Origin: Camelus dromedarius
Taxonomy: Eukaryota
DNA length: 64,000 nucleotides
Assembly (NCBI RefSeq): GCF_036321535.1
Contig: NC_087447.1
Span: forward strand, 34,102,001-34,166,000
Reading direction: 5' to 3'
Shown here: in pieces, positions 50,430-62,985 of the stretch
Position numbering within the stretch: the stretch's first letter is position 1
Layout: every line of letters starts with the position of its first letter
The notes under the pieces: model-generated
Told to the model about the DNA's origin: nothing
The model's input: the letters and a program-made list of their open reading frames with translations, nothing else
The model's database searches: none
Program-made: the position numbers and the translations under genes

Positions 50430-50780
50430 CAATTGTCACAAGTGTTTTCGGTTAAACGGCTCATGTTTCTAATTAACTTTTGTCATCCGCATCTGCTCCA
50501 GTGCCCAGAAGCCTGGCGGGATTAACGGCTGCTGCTTCTGCTCTTTTTTCTTTTTTTTTTTCTTTTTAAATACCTACGTTCCACCGCCTTCTAGCAACAG
50601 AGTAAACTGTATATAGAGCGGCTTTTTATGATTTAAAAGTCAACGGCCGCCAGCGCCGAGTGAAGGCAGCCCCTTGTGGGACAGGAGCGCCGAGCGCGGG
50701 GAGAGCTCCCGGCAGAGGAGCTGCTTCCCTCCGCTCGCGGCTGCTCCGGGAAGCCGCAGCGCCAGGGTGATCCAACGCAG
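50430..50780. promoter_or_regulatory. Candidate intronic enhancer or alternative promoter (CpG-rich patch plus homeodomain-site cluster)
   Basis: CpG-dense 50640-50770, with TGACA x2, TAATTA, GGATTA and TTTTATG/TGATTTAA immediately adjacent. No recognisable repeat. Confidence 0.45.
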
Positions 50781-51635
50781 ACCTCCCAATGTTTTAAAAC
50801 ACATACATCTTCCTGACTTACTGGGGATTTGGGTTTGGAGCGGGGGCTGCTGCACGATCCTCTCTAACCAAACTTGTGGGGCGTTGCTGGATCCTTTCCT
50901 GGGGAGAGCTGGGGACTAGCCGGGAAACAGGCCCACAGAACCCACACACACTGCCCGCCTTTCAGGGGGTCTCCCCGGGCCGGACGCTGCTTGGGGAGGG
51001 CCTCCTGGGTCCCACGAGGGGCAGTGCTAGGCACGTTGTGAAGAAGGGATTACTGCCCCCGTTTGACCAGTGGGGAGGCTAAGGCTCAGGAAGGCCTAAT
51101 GACGGACCCACCCTCACAGAGCGGGAAATGGACATGGGTGGGATTTGAACCCAGGTCTCCTGATACAGTGTTCCCTGTGACAGCATTGCAGCTACCGCCT
51201 GTGATAAGGGACACATTTAAACAGCAGCCGCTTCAATGGCTAGACTGCTTCTTTGGGCAGTGCTTTTTCTACTGCTTAGGTGTACTCACGATGCCCACGA
51301 TGGGGCACACACCAGCCTCGCCATGGAAAGGGGGCAGCCTATGCCAGAGACCAGCCCCCGGGAGGAGGTACTAGGGACCCTCCAATCCCCAGTCCCACTT
51401 CTCAGGACAACTGTCTCTTCCTTTACCAGGGCTCAGATCCAGGGCACAAGTATTCATTTATCCACTCATTTAATATATTCACTCATATCAAAATTCAGCG
51501 AGTGCCAAGAATATGCCACACGTTGTTCTAGGCACTTGGGATACATCAGTGACAAAACAAAGATCCTCACCTTCATGGAGATTACATTTTAGCAGTGAGG
51601 AACAGATGATAATTAATGTAATTAATACATTTTCT

Positions 51636-51747
51636 CTTGTGCTTTTCACATACTTTTCTTTTTCTTAAATGGAGGTACTGGGGATTGAACCTGGGACCTC
51701 ATGAATGCCAAGCATGTGCTCTACCACTGAGCCACACTCAGCCCCTG
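51636..51747 (-). mobile_element. vic-1-like SINE (short-tail variant) inside an L2 remnant
   Basis: A box tggctcagtggtag, B box ggttcaatcc, tacctccattt; perfect TSD atacattttct (51625-51635, 51748-51758). Confidence 0.88.
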
Positions 51748-52480
51748 ATACATTTTCTAAAGGAAAGGGGCTCTAGGAACAGGTTGCAACAGTGTCCTTA
51801 TAGGAGCTACAACAAACCACATCCAGAGTTACCTCGCTATTGTCCTAAGTTTCAGGCCTACTCCCCTCTGAGCAGAGGTACATGGATTCGTGACTTCTCT
51901 GCTCCCCCACGTTCCTTGGAATTCTAACAAAGCCCCTACCTAGCATTTCTTTGTATTTTTAACCCTAACACACACACACACCTAGAAATTAACCAACAAT
52001 TAACGAGATAAGGACAGCCCAGAGTTAAACAGATGCCTGGCTGGTCTAAGAGAAATGCAGAGACTGACCGAAGGTGTGTGTCTCCTCCAGGAAAGGCGCC
52101 AGGTGCAGGGAAGGGGCTCACACAACGTAGGCATCACGGTCAGAGTTATTTCTCATGCCAAACCAAAACGGCTCCCAGAAACCCCTACCTAGCTCTTGAA
52201 CACCAGCTCAAATGCCTTCTTCCTTTGTTAAGCTACCTGGGACCCTTGAGCTTAATGAACTGGCTGGTTTGCATCATATCACCTGGTATTTTCCCCTCTT
52301 CTGTTTCCCCAGGACACTGTCCATACCTCCCTGTAAAAGCATTTGGAGGGCCACATACTCACATCAGGCACTGGGAATAGAGGTGAGTAAGATACAGCTC
52401 CTGCCCTCCAAGAACTCACTATCCACAGGGGCAGCTGACCCAAACACAGAGCACGGAAACAATGTAAAGACTGTATGTGG

Positions 52481-52558
52481 GATGGGGGAGGATAAAGTTC
52501 GGTGGTAGAGCACTGGTTTAATCCCCAGTACCTCCATTAAACAAATAAACAAACAAAC
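52481..52558 (+). mobile_element. vic-1-like SINE with internal deletion
   Basis: ggggaggataaagttcggtggtagagca|ctggtttaatccccagtacctccattaaacaaa; TSD agactgtat(g/a)tgg (52468-52480, 52559-52571). Confidence 0.85.
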
Positions 52559-55500
52559 AGACTGTATATGGTCACAGGAGATCCAAGGGTTAGGATCTCA
52601 ATTCTCCTCAGAGAATCTGGGAAAGCTTCACAGAGGAGGTGTGATGGATTGATTTGTTATTCCACTGGTCTGTGAATTCCTCCAGGGCAGAGGATCCCCC
52701 ACCCCGACCCCTTCCCTGACTCATCCTCGTGTCCCAAAGCCTGCCTGAGTACAGAAAATAGTAAATGGTTTCTGAATTGTTGGTAGGTAATCTGGGCATT
52801 TGCAAGTCACATTTAAGGCAAAAGAGACCCAAGGTTTGTGATCGGTCATTAGGGTTTTGTTAAGATGTTTCAGCTCAAACTCAGGATCACGACTCAGAGC
52901 TTCAGAATTTCCACCTGGCATTTAGCCTGGGCTCCTCTTGAATGGGGACATTTCAAGGCTACTCATTATAGCTACAAGAAATAGTCCCTGGAGCTGATTC
53001 TGAATTTGGTTTCTAGAACAGAAGTTCCTGAGAAGGACACCAGGGCACCTGAGGATCAGATCATCAATACTTGGTGCTTATGTCATGGCCAGAAATCCCC
53101 TTAAAAGCGAAGGGACTCCAGGTCATGAGTGGTCTTGTCCACTTGACATCTTTCTCTCATTCCTAGGCTATCACACCAGGGGTCTCCGCTCTCAGCTGAC
53201 TTGTCTGTTTGGGGTCTGCTCTGCTTTTTTTGGACAGCAGCCATTTCTAACACCAGACTTCTGTGATTCCTAGCATGAGACTTTCCTCACCAGCCCTCCA
53301 AGATGGTGAAACAGATGCGGGAGAGACGTGGGGAGGCAGGCCCGGCCTCACATTTTCTCACTGGCTGATGGTGTGACCCTGGGTGTACCACTTAGCCTCT
53401 CTGGGCTTCCGTCGCCCCATTGGTAAGAAAGAGGATGGACTCTTTCTCTCGAGTCCTTTTCAGCTCTGTTTCCATTCAAGTCTCAGTGAGTCTCCGAGAA
53501 GCCGGGCCCCAAGAACACAACTAAGTTCACTGGCTCACTCAGTTCTACCGTTAAGCTGTGCTGTGACATACGGTGTTTCTCTGTCTTCCATCATTCCCCC
53601 TCCAGGGTTCTCTTAAGATGCTTACCAATACACGGAGAAAACCAGCTGGGTCGAGGTAGAGTCAACCTTGAATGAGTTGCTAGTAAACTAAAAAATGCTG
53701 GTATTCCATGAAAACCAGGGTAGGGGAGGAGGGTGGGGTGAGTTCTTTAAAATTAAGAGCACTGCTCTCTCTAGTAACTAACAGCTCTGGCTTCTTGTCT
53801 CATGTGTATGAACCTTTGTTAGAGCACAGGCATCTGAGAGAGAAGAAGGAGGAAAGCACACAAGAAACGTTCTGGACATCAGTATTCTCTCAGCAAAGGT
53901 ATGGACTGCTGAAGTAGCATTTCTGATGCCATGTGGATGAATTTTTTATATTTTAAAAGTTACATATTTATTTTACTGCATATTAGAAATGATAAATAGC
54001 CCATATATAAATCAACAGTTTCATGGGTGGTAAATGTAGATTTAATCTGAGCTGATTTAGGGAAAATATGAATCAAAAACACAAGTGGTTCACCGATTTG
54101 GTAAAAATCACACAGAAAGTTTGTGAAAGACTGAGGTTGAGGAAACGCTGTTCCATTAAATCAAGAAATATTTTACATATAAAATATAGAATAAGTATTT
54201 TCAAAATACTTGTTTTATATTAAACCTATTCTTTTGAAAAATGCAATCAACCAAAAAGAAATCAAATCTGAAGGCCCAAATAAGGACTAGGTTCAAAAGT
54301 AACCTGAAATGGCTACTTTCAGAGTTTGTTTATTTATATATGTTTGTTTAGTGTGATATTTTACTGAGAATGGCCACATCTGGAAACATGACTAGGCCTT
54401 TGTTTAGCCAAAGGTAATTTTTAAGAATAATTATCTAAACCATTAAGAATAAATGGTTACTAAACATAGAAAGAACAACACATTATATCACATGTAATAA
54501 ATGTCCCAAATATCTATATGTAAAATTGTAACTATCAAGACTTAACTGTCTGCAGTGGACTCTGGTATGTTCTGCCCTCGTCCATTTTTCAAGAGCTGCT
54601 CACAGAGCCCCTGAGCAGACTTCATGACCCCCTAGCAAGCGGATCATGTCAAGTAGCCTAGACATCTCAGCTCCACACGACCAGCTCACCAACTCACTCA
54701 CCATCAGCTGACAAACCACCACAAAAAGGAAAAGTCTCGTTTGAAATATTGCAGAAGCAGGAGGCCTTTGAAGAAGAGAAAAGGGTTATTTTTTTCTTTT
54801 TAAGCATTTAGGGAGAGCATTAATCGTCCTGTGGGGAAGGGGGAAAGTTTGGTTTTTCTGGCAACCAGCCTTAACCTTCCCCGACGGTAACCAAAATACT
54901 TGCTAAATGAAAATACTGTCCAAGGCAGATAAATAAGCATTTCTTCATCTCTCCCTCTGTGAGAGCCGACACCACTCCCAGGTCCCTTCGGTCCCTCAGC
55001 CTCCTGAAGTTAAGGAGATGTTGGTGGTCTGGTCAGTGGTCAGCAGGCCCTCCGGCAGTGTGTTCTAGCTGATCTCAGCTCCTGTCACCCTACTGAGATT
55101 TTAAACGTTCCCTGGGATGTTTCCCACCTAGATCCTCTCCATAGTCTTCAGGAAAAGGCCTGATAATTGGGCCTGGGAAAATGTTTACATTTCCCTATAA
55201 TTTGTTACGCTGTCAATCTTGAGTATTTAAATTTGTTAGGATAACTGAAACCAGTTGATGTCGCTGTTGTTGTTGTTATTTTTAAAATGCATGGACTCCA
55301 GCCACACAGGCTGGAGAGTGTTTTCAGAGTTACTCAGGTCAGTTTCTTCACAACCACGTTAGCCACCAGACCACAGAGGGACACGTAAATGAACCTCACT
55401 CAATCCACTGAGTGCTTCTATAGGATTCCTTGAGCCTGGCCCAAGGAGCCTTCTCAACACCGATGTGATCGATGTCTAATATAAGGGTAGGTGCTCAAAC

Positions 55501-55754
55501 ACGTCTTTTCTCCCACTCCTTCTTGGAGAGGATCTTTGGAGGTACAGAAAGATGGAGAATGGGGTCAAGAAAACCACCAAGAAAAATGGACAGGAAAGTG
55601 AAAGGGTGTGGAGTAGAGGGAGCTGAGCTTTGGATCCACCATCCCCCAAGCATCTTTTTTTGTCTTCAATTCTATAGGCTCCTAAACATCCAAGTTAGAA
55701 TAAGAATGATGAGTTATATAAATAAACATTTTCTTTAAAGTTGTTCTGTTAAGT

Positions 55755-57165
55755 CAGTCCCTATCAAAATTCCAACAATGTTTTTGTTGAAATATGAAAA
55801 ACCATCCCAAACTTCATATGGAATCTCAAGGGACTCTGAATAGCCAAAACAATCTTGAACCAAGTTGGAGGTCTCACACCTCCTGATTTCAAAACTTACT
55901 ACAAAGCTACAGTAATCAAATCAGTGTGATACTGATATAAAGACAGTCATATAGACCAAAGGACTAGAGAGCACAGATATAAACCTTTGTATATACAGTC
56001 AAATAATTTTCAAGACTACTCAATGGGGTAAGGATGGTCTTTTCAACAAACAGTGCTGGGAAAACTATATATCCACATGCAAAAAATGAATTTGGATTCT
56101 TACACCATATAAAAAAATGAACCTAAGATAGATCAAAGACCTAAACATAATAGTTAAAACTATAAAACTCTTACAAGAAAACACATGGCAAAAACCTCAT
56201 GACAGTTTAGCAATGGTTTCTTGGCTATGACACAAAAAACATGATCTAAAAAAAAAAAAAAGGTAAGTTGGACTTCATCAGAGTTAAAACTTTTTGTGCA
56301 TCAAAGGACATAATCAACAGAATAAAAAAAAAAAAAAAAAAAAAAACCCGTGGCAGAAAATACTTGCAAATCATGTACCTGATAAGGACTTAATATCCAG
56401 AATATATAAAGAACTCCTTTAACTTAATAACACCACAGCAACAACCTGTTTGAAAAATGGGTAAAAGACTGAATAGACATTTCTCCAAAGAAGATATACA
56501 AGTGACCAATACACATGCAGAAAGACATTCAACATCACTAATCATGAGGGAATGCAAATCCAAACCACAAGGAGATACCATTTCACATCAACTAGGCTGG
56601 CTATTATTAGAAAAACAGAAACAAAAACAGAAGATAACAAGCATTTGTGAGGATGTGCAGAGATTGGAACTTGTGTAACACTGTGGGAATGTAAGATTTT
56701 GCAGCCATCATGGAAAACAGAATGGCAGTTCCTCAAGAAATCAAACACAGAATATGATCTAGCAGTTCTACTTCAGGGTATATCCCCAGAAGTGAAAGTA
56801 GGGACTTGAACAGATACTTGTACGCCCAAGTTCACAGCAGTATTATTTACAATAGTCAAAAGGTAGAAGCAACCCAAGGGTCTATCAATGGATGAACAAT
56901 GGATACTGTTTGAGTAAATGAATGGATAAGCTAAGTGTGCTATACATATATAATGGAATATTAAACTCAGCTTTCAAAAGGAAGGAAATTCTGACACCTG
57001 CTACAACATGGATGAACCTTGAAGACATTATGCCAAGTGTAAAAGCCAATCATGAAAAGACAAATATTTTTGATTCCACTTATCAGAGATCCCTCAAGTA
57101 GTCAAATTCATAGAGACAGAAATTAGAAGGGTGGTTGCCAGGGGCTGGGGGGGGAGGCAGGAATT
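55755..57165 (+). mobile_element. Old L1 (L1MA/MB-type) ORF2 3' part and partial 3' UTR, degenerate
   Basis: ccctatcaaaattcc, tactacaaagctacagtaatcaaa and gaatagacatttctccaaagaagatataca, with many stops and frameshifts. Confidence 0.92.
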
Positions 57166-57174
57166 TTCACAATG

Positions 57175-57351
57175 AAGAAAGAAAGAGAGAAAGAAAGAAA
57201 GAGAGGAAGAAAGAGAAAGAAAGGAAGGAAGGAAGGAAGGAAGAAAGGAAGAAAGGAAGAAAGAAAGGAAGGAAGGAAGGAAGGAAGGAAGGAAGGAAGG
57301 AAGGAAGGAAGGAAGGAAGAAAGAAAGAAAGGGAAAGAAAAAGGAAGGAAA

Positions 57352-57421
<70 letters not shown>

Positions 57422-57422
57422 A

Positions 57423-57454
<32 letters not shown>

Positions 57455-57545
57455 AAAAGAAAGGAAGGAAAGGAAGAAAGAAAGAAAGAAAAGAAAGGAA
57501 GGAAAGAAAGAAGGAAAAGAAAGAAAGAAAGAAAAAGAAAGAAAG

Positions 57546-57577
<32 letters not shown>

Positions 57578-57614
57578 AAGAGAGAGAGAGAGAAAGAGAG
57601 AGAGAGAAAGAAAG

Positions 57615-57677
<63 letters not shown>

Positions 57678-57693
57678 CAGACAGACAGAAAGA
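57175..57693 (+). repeat. Compound purine microsatellite (GAAA/GGAA/GA/GACA)n, about 520 bp
   Basis: Seen directly; essentially pyrimidine-free until the terminal GACA units. Confidence 0.98.
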
Positions 57694-57694
57694 C

Positions 57695-58487
57695 GTCATT
57701 CAAAAATCCACAAATGACAAATGCTGGAGAGGCTGTGGAGAAAGGGGAACCCTCCTACACTGCTGGTGGGAATGCAGTTTGGTGCAGCCACTATGGAAAA
57801 CAGTGTGGAGATTCCTCAAAAGACTAGGAATAGACTTACCATATGACCCAGGAATCCCACTCCTGGGCTTGTATCCAGAAGGAACCCTACTTCAGGATGA
57901 CACCTGCACCCCAGTGTTCATAGCAGCACTATTTACAATAGCCAAAACATGGAAACAGCCTAAATGTCCATCAACAGGTGACTGGATAAAGAAGATGTGG
58001 TATATTTATACAATGGAATACTACTCAGCCATAAAAACCGACAACATAATGCCATTTGCAGCAACATGGATGCTCCTGGAGAATGTCATTCTAAGTGAAG
58101 TAAGCCAGAAAGAGAAAGAAAAATACCATATGAGATCGCTCATATGTGGAATCTAAAAAACAAAAACAAAAACAAACAAACAAACAAAAACAAAGCATAA
58201 ATACAGGACAGAAATAGACTCATAGACAGAGAATACAGACTTGTGGTTGCCAGGGGGGTGGAGGGTGGGAAGGGATAGACTGGGATTTCAAAATTGTAGA
58301 ACAGATAAACAAGATTACACTGTATAGCACAGGGAAATATATACAAAATGTTATGTTAACTCACAGAGAAAAAAATGTGACAATGATTGTGTATGTGTCC
58401 ATGAATGACTGAAAAATTGTGCTGAACACTGGAATTTGACCCAACATTGTAAAGTGATTATAAATCAATAAAAAATGTTAAAAAAAT
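57695..58487 (+). mobile_element. Young 5'-truncated L1 with uninterrupted ORF2 C-terminus (57695-58156), 3' UTR and A-tail
   Basis: [27 protein letters not shown]...HMRSLICGI* is stop-free with an intact CX3CX7HX4C motif; aataaa followed by an A-rich tail. Confidence 0.95.
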
Positions 58488-58496
58488 GCTTGTAAT

Positions 58497-58524
58497 GAAA
58501 GAAAGAAAGAAAGGAGAGAAAGAA

Positions 58525-58565
<41 letters not shown>

Positions 58566-58573
58566 ATGAATGA

Positions 58574-58644
<71 letters not shown>

Positions 58645-58658
58645 GAAGGAAGAAAAGG
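58497..58658 (+). repeat. Compound (GAAA/GA)n microsatellite
   Basis: Seen directly. Confidence 0.97.
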
Positions 58659-58945
58659 ATTGCACCTGGCTGCAAGTAACAGAATTCTGACCACCATGGC
58701 CTAAACAGGGGAGCAGTTTACCACTTATTTCCAGTGCTTAGCACAGGGTCTGGCACATATTAAGGGCTCAATAAATGTTAAGTTAAAAAAAGAAAAAAGT
58801 TTCTCTGTTAGTTTGATGATTAATGAACCAGATGAAATTACATAGTTTTGAATATTACCTTATTACTGTTATTTTATTCTAGTTTGAAAAAACTTCTGCT
58901 TCAAAGGAATGGTGATGATCCTTTTTAAGAAAACTCTAGGAGGGG

Positions 58946-59049
58946 GTGGGTGAGGATATATAAAACTCAGTGGTAGAGTGCATGCTAAGCATGCACAAGG
59001 TCCTGGGTTCAATCTCCAGTACCTCCATTAAAAAAGGAAAGAAAGAAGG
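58946..59049 (+). mobile_element. vic-1-like SINE (short-tail variant)
   Basis: ctcagtggtagagtgcatgctaagcatgcacaaggtcctgggttcaatctccagtacctccatt; TSD aaactctag(g/t)agggg (58931-58945, 59050-59064). Confidence 0.9.
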
Positions 59050-62000
59050 AAACTCTAGTAGGGGAGCAAGTTAACACTACTAGGCTCCTTCCTCCTTAAA
59101 CTGACCATCACTGACTCTTTGGTCAAGCTGTTTCTTGGGACTAGATGCTTCATTGCCCTCCCCTTCCATTGCCTCCCATCCCTACCTGACATTCACCCCC
59201 GGTCTACCTTGCATGCCATTTCTTCTAGGAAACCTCCAGAACCACCAAACTGGAAGCCATCTCTTTTCATCTAAAGAGACAGAAGGTTCTGCCAGGGCTT
59301 CTCTGGGGTCCTGACACTTGCTGCCCCACATTATAGTTAGCAGTGGTTACACTTGGCTTACTTACAAGAATGGCTGATGCACTAGGTCCCAGAAATGTTT
59401 GCTGGAAATGAGTGCATTTGTCTTTTCATGACTGGCTCATTTCATGCAGCCTAAGTGATGCTCTGACAGGTGCTCAGAAATCAATAAACAAATAAAAACT
59501 ATTACCCTGGATCCCTCCACATGGCTCAAAATTAAAATCAGATGTGCCTGGCTTGTCCCTCTTGGCTAATCATGCCAGTTGCTCTCTTTATAGCTAAGTG
59601 AACTAGACTCCTTTTAATGCTTTTTCTTCTTTGTATGGTGAAAATTTTGCTACACCAGGTCACCAAAAAGATCATGTCCAAGTACACTAGTATCTTACAA
59701 GGGCATGATCAGAAACAAATGTGCAGAATGTGAAAGTGCGTTCTCCTAATAGCCTGAAGCCATCTCTATGACCGCAGGAGCCACCAAGTTCCCAGTTTAC
59801 CTCCATGACACTCACCCCAGAGGAAATGGAAAAGAGGCCCTTGACAGCTGGAGTAATTACAGTTGTGTTTCTTTTTCACATATGACAAGGTAATTCTTTC
59901 TCTTCAGTGGCTTATTTTGGATAAAACCAAGTGAAACTTTGGGTAATTAGGTCATTTGTTTTTCTAAATGTAGCTAAGAGGCTGCAAAAGAAAATAAGAA
60001 AGTACCATTTTCCTATATAGCTTTCACTACGTTTTCTCCAGTTTTACAAGGTACATTTTCAAATCCCACTTAATGCCATAAAAAACCGGGAGGGCTAAAT
60101 AAAGGTTAACTTGCTGGAAATGTCAGACTACGGTTGGGCTTATGGTTGACCTGGTAATAACACCTTAGAAAGAGAATTCTTAAAATCCTTTTCTCCCTCC
60201 CATATACCCTTTACGTCAAAAGATATCCTACACATATTTGCAAGGCCTCCTACTCCACTGGGTAAGGAGACAAATCACTTGACTGCTGACACTTGAAGGA
60301 AGATACCTTTAAAAATAAAAAGCATTCCTATTTTTTATCTTTCATTTCTTGAAGGCGTATCACCCTCCAAACAACTCCTTCCTCTCTCTTGAACTTATTT
60401 GTTCAAAATCCCAAGCAGTATGTTTCCGGAGAGAGCTTTGGTTTTAATTGGTCAAGCCATTTCTCTATCTTGAACCATATATGGCTATAAGAAAGTACAA
60501 AACTGGCTGTAGAAAACCTTCTCCCCGTTTCAAGGGTGTATGAAATTTCACAGAGATCGTAAACACTTTACAGGGGGCAAATCTCATTCTCGCAGGAGGT
60601 CACTGTCCACAGCTAACAGCTCTTTGGCAGAGTGCAATGGTTGGACGCTATTGTAAATACAGCCCCCTAAGATGGAGCTGGTTAAGGAATTCTGTAGGCC
60701 CTCCTCCCCCTAAGATGCCAGCCCAATCTCCTTGCTTTCTCTTGGGGCAAGGAATGGACACTCCAAAATAGAAGCCTCCAAACCAGTGTTAAACCAGAAT
60801 GCTTCCCACGAAACAATACAGACAGACAGTAACAGAGAGAAGGCGTTCTAGGCTCAGAGGGCTAAAGGGTTTTAGTCAGGTTTCTTGCCTGCAGGACTTC
60901 TCAGAGCCTTCAATGTGCTCACGTGCACTGGAAATAACCAAAATGATAATACAATAGTATGACTCCTCAACCTATTTTGCCATAGAACTGAGTTTATGGG
61001 CTAGCTTAAGGAAACAGTCTATCATGGGATGCATTTTGGTAAACGTCCTAATGGAGGGGGCAGAAAATGGGCACATAGCCCAAATCAGATAAGACAGCTG
61101 TCCAACAGGGAGCAGTCACTAAAATCAGGCGAGCTATGTAAAGGAGAAGGAAGACGATGCACCTTTTCTCCCCCCTGTAAAGTTATAATCTAGTTAACTG
61201 TGGAATGCTTTCATGATATGCATTTTGAGCACTAAATATCCTTAATATGTACCTGCTCCCTTTTATTTCAAAAGGATTAGTATAAGGCTCTGCACTAAAG
61301 CCCAAAGAGTACATGAAAACAGGAAGCAGGAGTCACAGCAGTACAGGGGAAAGCCGAAGGATTCCAATCAGCGGGCTCACTGTGACTCAGTCCCGACACA
61401 TGGCAACCACCACCACGGATGCGATCTTGGCCTGTATTAACCCATGAAGGACACTCAGAACAAGGGAGGTGAGGATCTTGCCCCACTGAGCACAGCTCAG
61501 ACCAGAGCTAGAATGGGGGAAATCCTTAGAATTTTGGACCTGTTAAGGCTTCTTAGATCCACTACTTAAAGCCACTCATTTCCTCAAAGGGGAACAGATC
61601 CTCGGGCAGGTAATGACTTCTCCAAGGTCTCCCAATCAGTAAATGGCACAGCTGTCACTGAACTTGGGATTCTGGAGCTTGTTCAATCAAGTAGCTTGGT
61701 TGGCCCTACCCCTAAATACCCCAGCTCAGAATCGCAGAGGATGGACCCAAGCAGCCAGAGGTTTAACTACCTCCCCAGCTGGGTGTCATCCACGCCGAAA
61801 TTCGAAAACCAGGTATTGAAGGATTCGTGTCTTAGTACAGTTTGCTGAGAAATTTTAACTCGCCCAGGGTAAGGACTAGAATCTGAGGATGACCGTGAAC
61901 TAATCTCAGCAAGGAGTGGCCGGAACGATGGAGACATTCAGCTTGGAGAAGAGAGGACCTGAGAAAAGGCACAAACCTCATTATTAAGGTGGCTTCCTTG

Positions 62001-62689
62001 CCCTTGGCTTTTTCTGCCCACTGACACTGAACCACCAAAAAGGGTTGAAGCAACACCTGTCAGGGCAGGCCCATAACTCAGGTCTGCTCTGAACAAGACC
62101 ATCTGGACCGAGAGAGGTCAAGGACCCACAACAGCACTAGAAGGTGGGGGCCCCCAGGGCTCCCCTGCCAAGGAGGGGACAGGGTGGGGAGGGGAGTGTT
62201 ACAGCAACTGTGGAAAAGGGGACTTGAGCCAACCTATTTTTATATGTTCTCTGCTCCACTTGTACCAGAGCAGCTCTCTTCACGTGTAAGATTTTATTTG
62301 ACAAAAGGTTTCCATGGGAAAAAAAAAAAAAACCTGTAACAACGTTAATAATCCTGTATTAATAAGAATAACAGCCAGCATTTACAGAGCCTGCACTTGG
62401 AGCCAGACACTGTGCTAGAAAGCATTTTTTTTTTAATTGTATCGACGTTCTTCATTTGCACTAAAAATCCAATGAGATAGGTAGTAACAATTCTATTTTA
62501 CTAGTGAGGAAACAGGCGTGGGGCTTTTGATGCCCCAAGATCAAATAGATTAGTTTCAGGCAACTTTTATTTCAAAGTCCAGACCTTTCACGAAGTGGAC
62601 CATCTCTGGGGTGTGTCCTTTAAAAGGAAGGGTCACGTCATTTCTTCTTCCTACTGTTGAGAACATGGACAGAATGATGCACCGACTTG

Positions 62690-62985
62690 GACCACGTGAA
62701 TGTGAGAAATATACCAGATGGAGCCTGGGTCCCTGGATGCCGCAGTAGGGTGTAATTTCTAAATAACTGAGGACCACTCTTAGATGACAGAAAAACACAC
62801 TTCTATCTTTTTTAAGCCATTTTTATTTGTGGTCACTGTTAAAGACAGTTGAATTTATATCCCAACTATTACATGTCAAGTAGGCAGGGGCATTTCTCTT
62901 TTGTTGACCGTTTCTCTAGTTCATTAATAGTACCTGGCACATAATAGTAGGTGCGCAATAAATATTTGTTGAATGAATGAATGTT
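62690..62985 (+). mobile_element. Old MLT1 3' part followed by L2 3' end
   Basis: gatggagcctgggtccctg...tttaagcca...actattaca; then tacctggcacataatagtaggtgcgcaataaatatttgttgaatgaatgaatg. Confidence 0.6.

Noticed and set aside
57094..57827. 178-230-aa K/E/R-rich and F/L/S-rich ORFs
   Set aside because: Translations of the purine microsatellite, which cannot contain stop codons.
58946..59030. tRNA-Ala-like sequence with A and B boxes
   Set aside because: Has an A-rich tail, TSDs and several diverged copies in the window; a SINE, not a tRNA gene.
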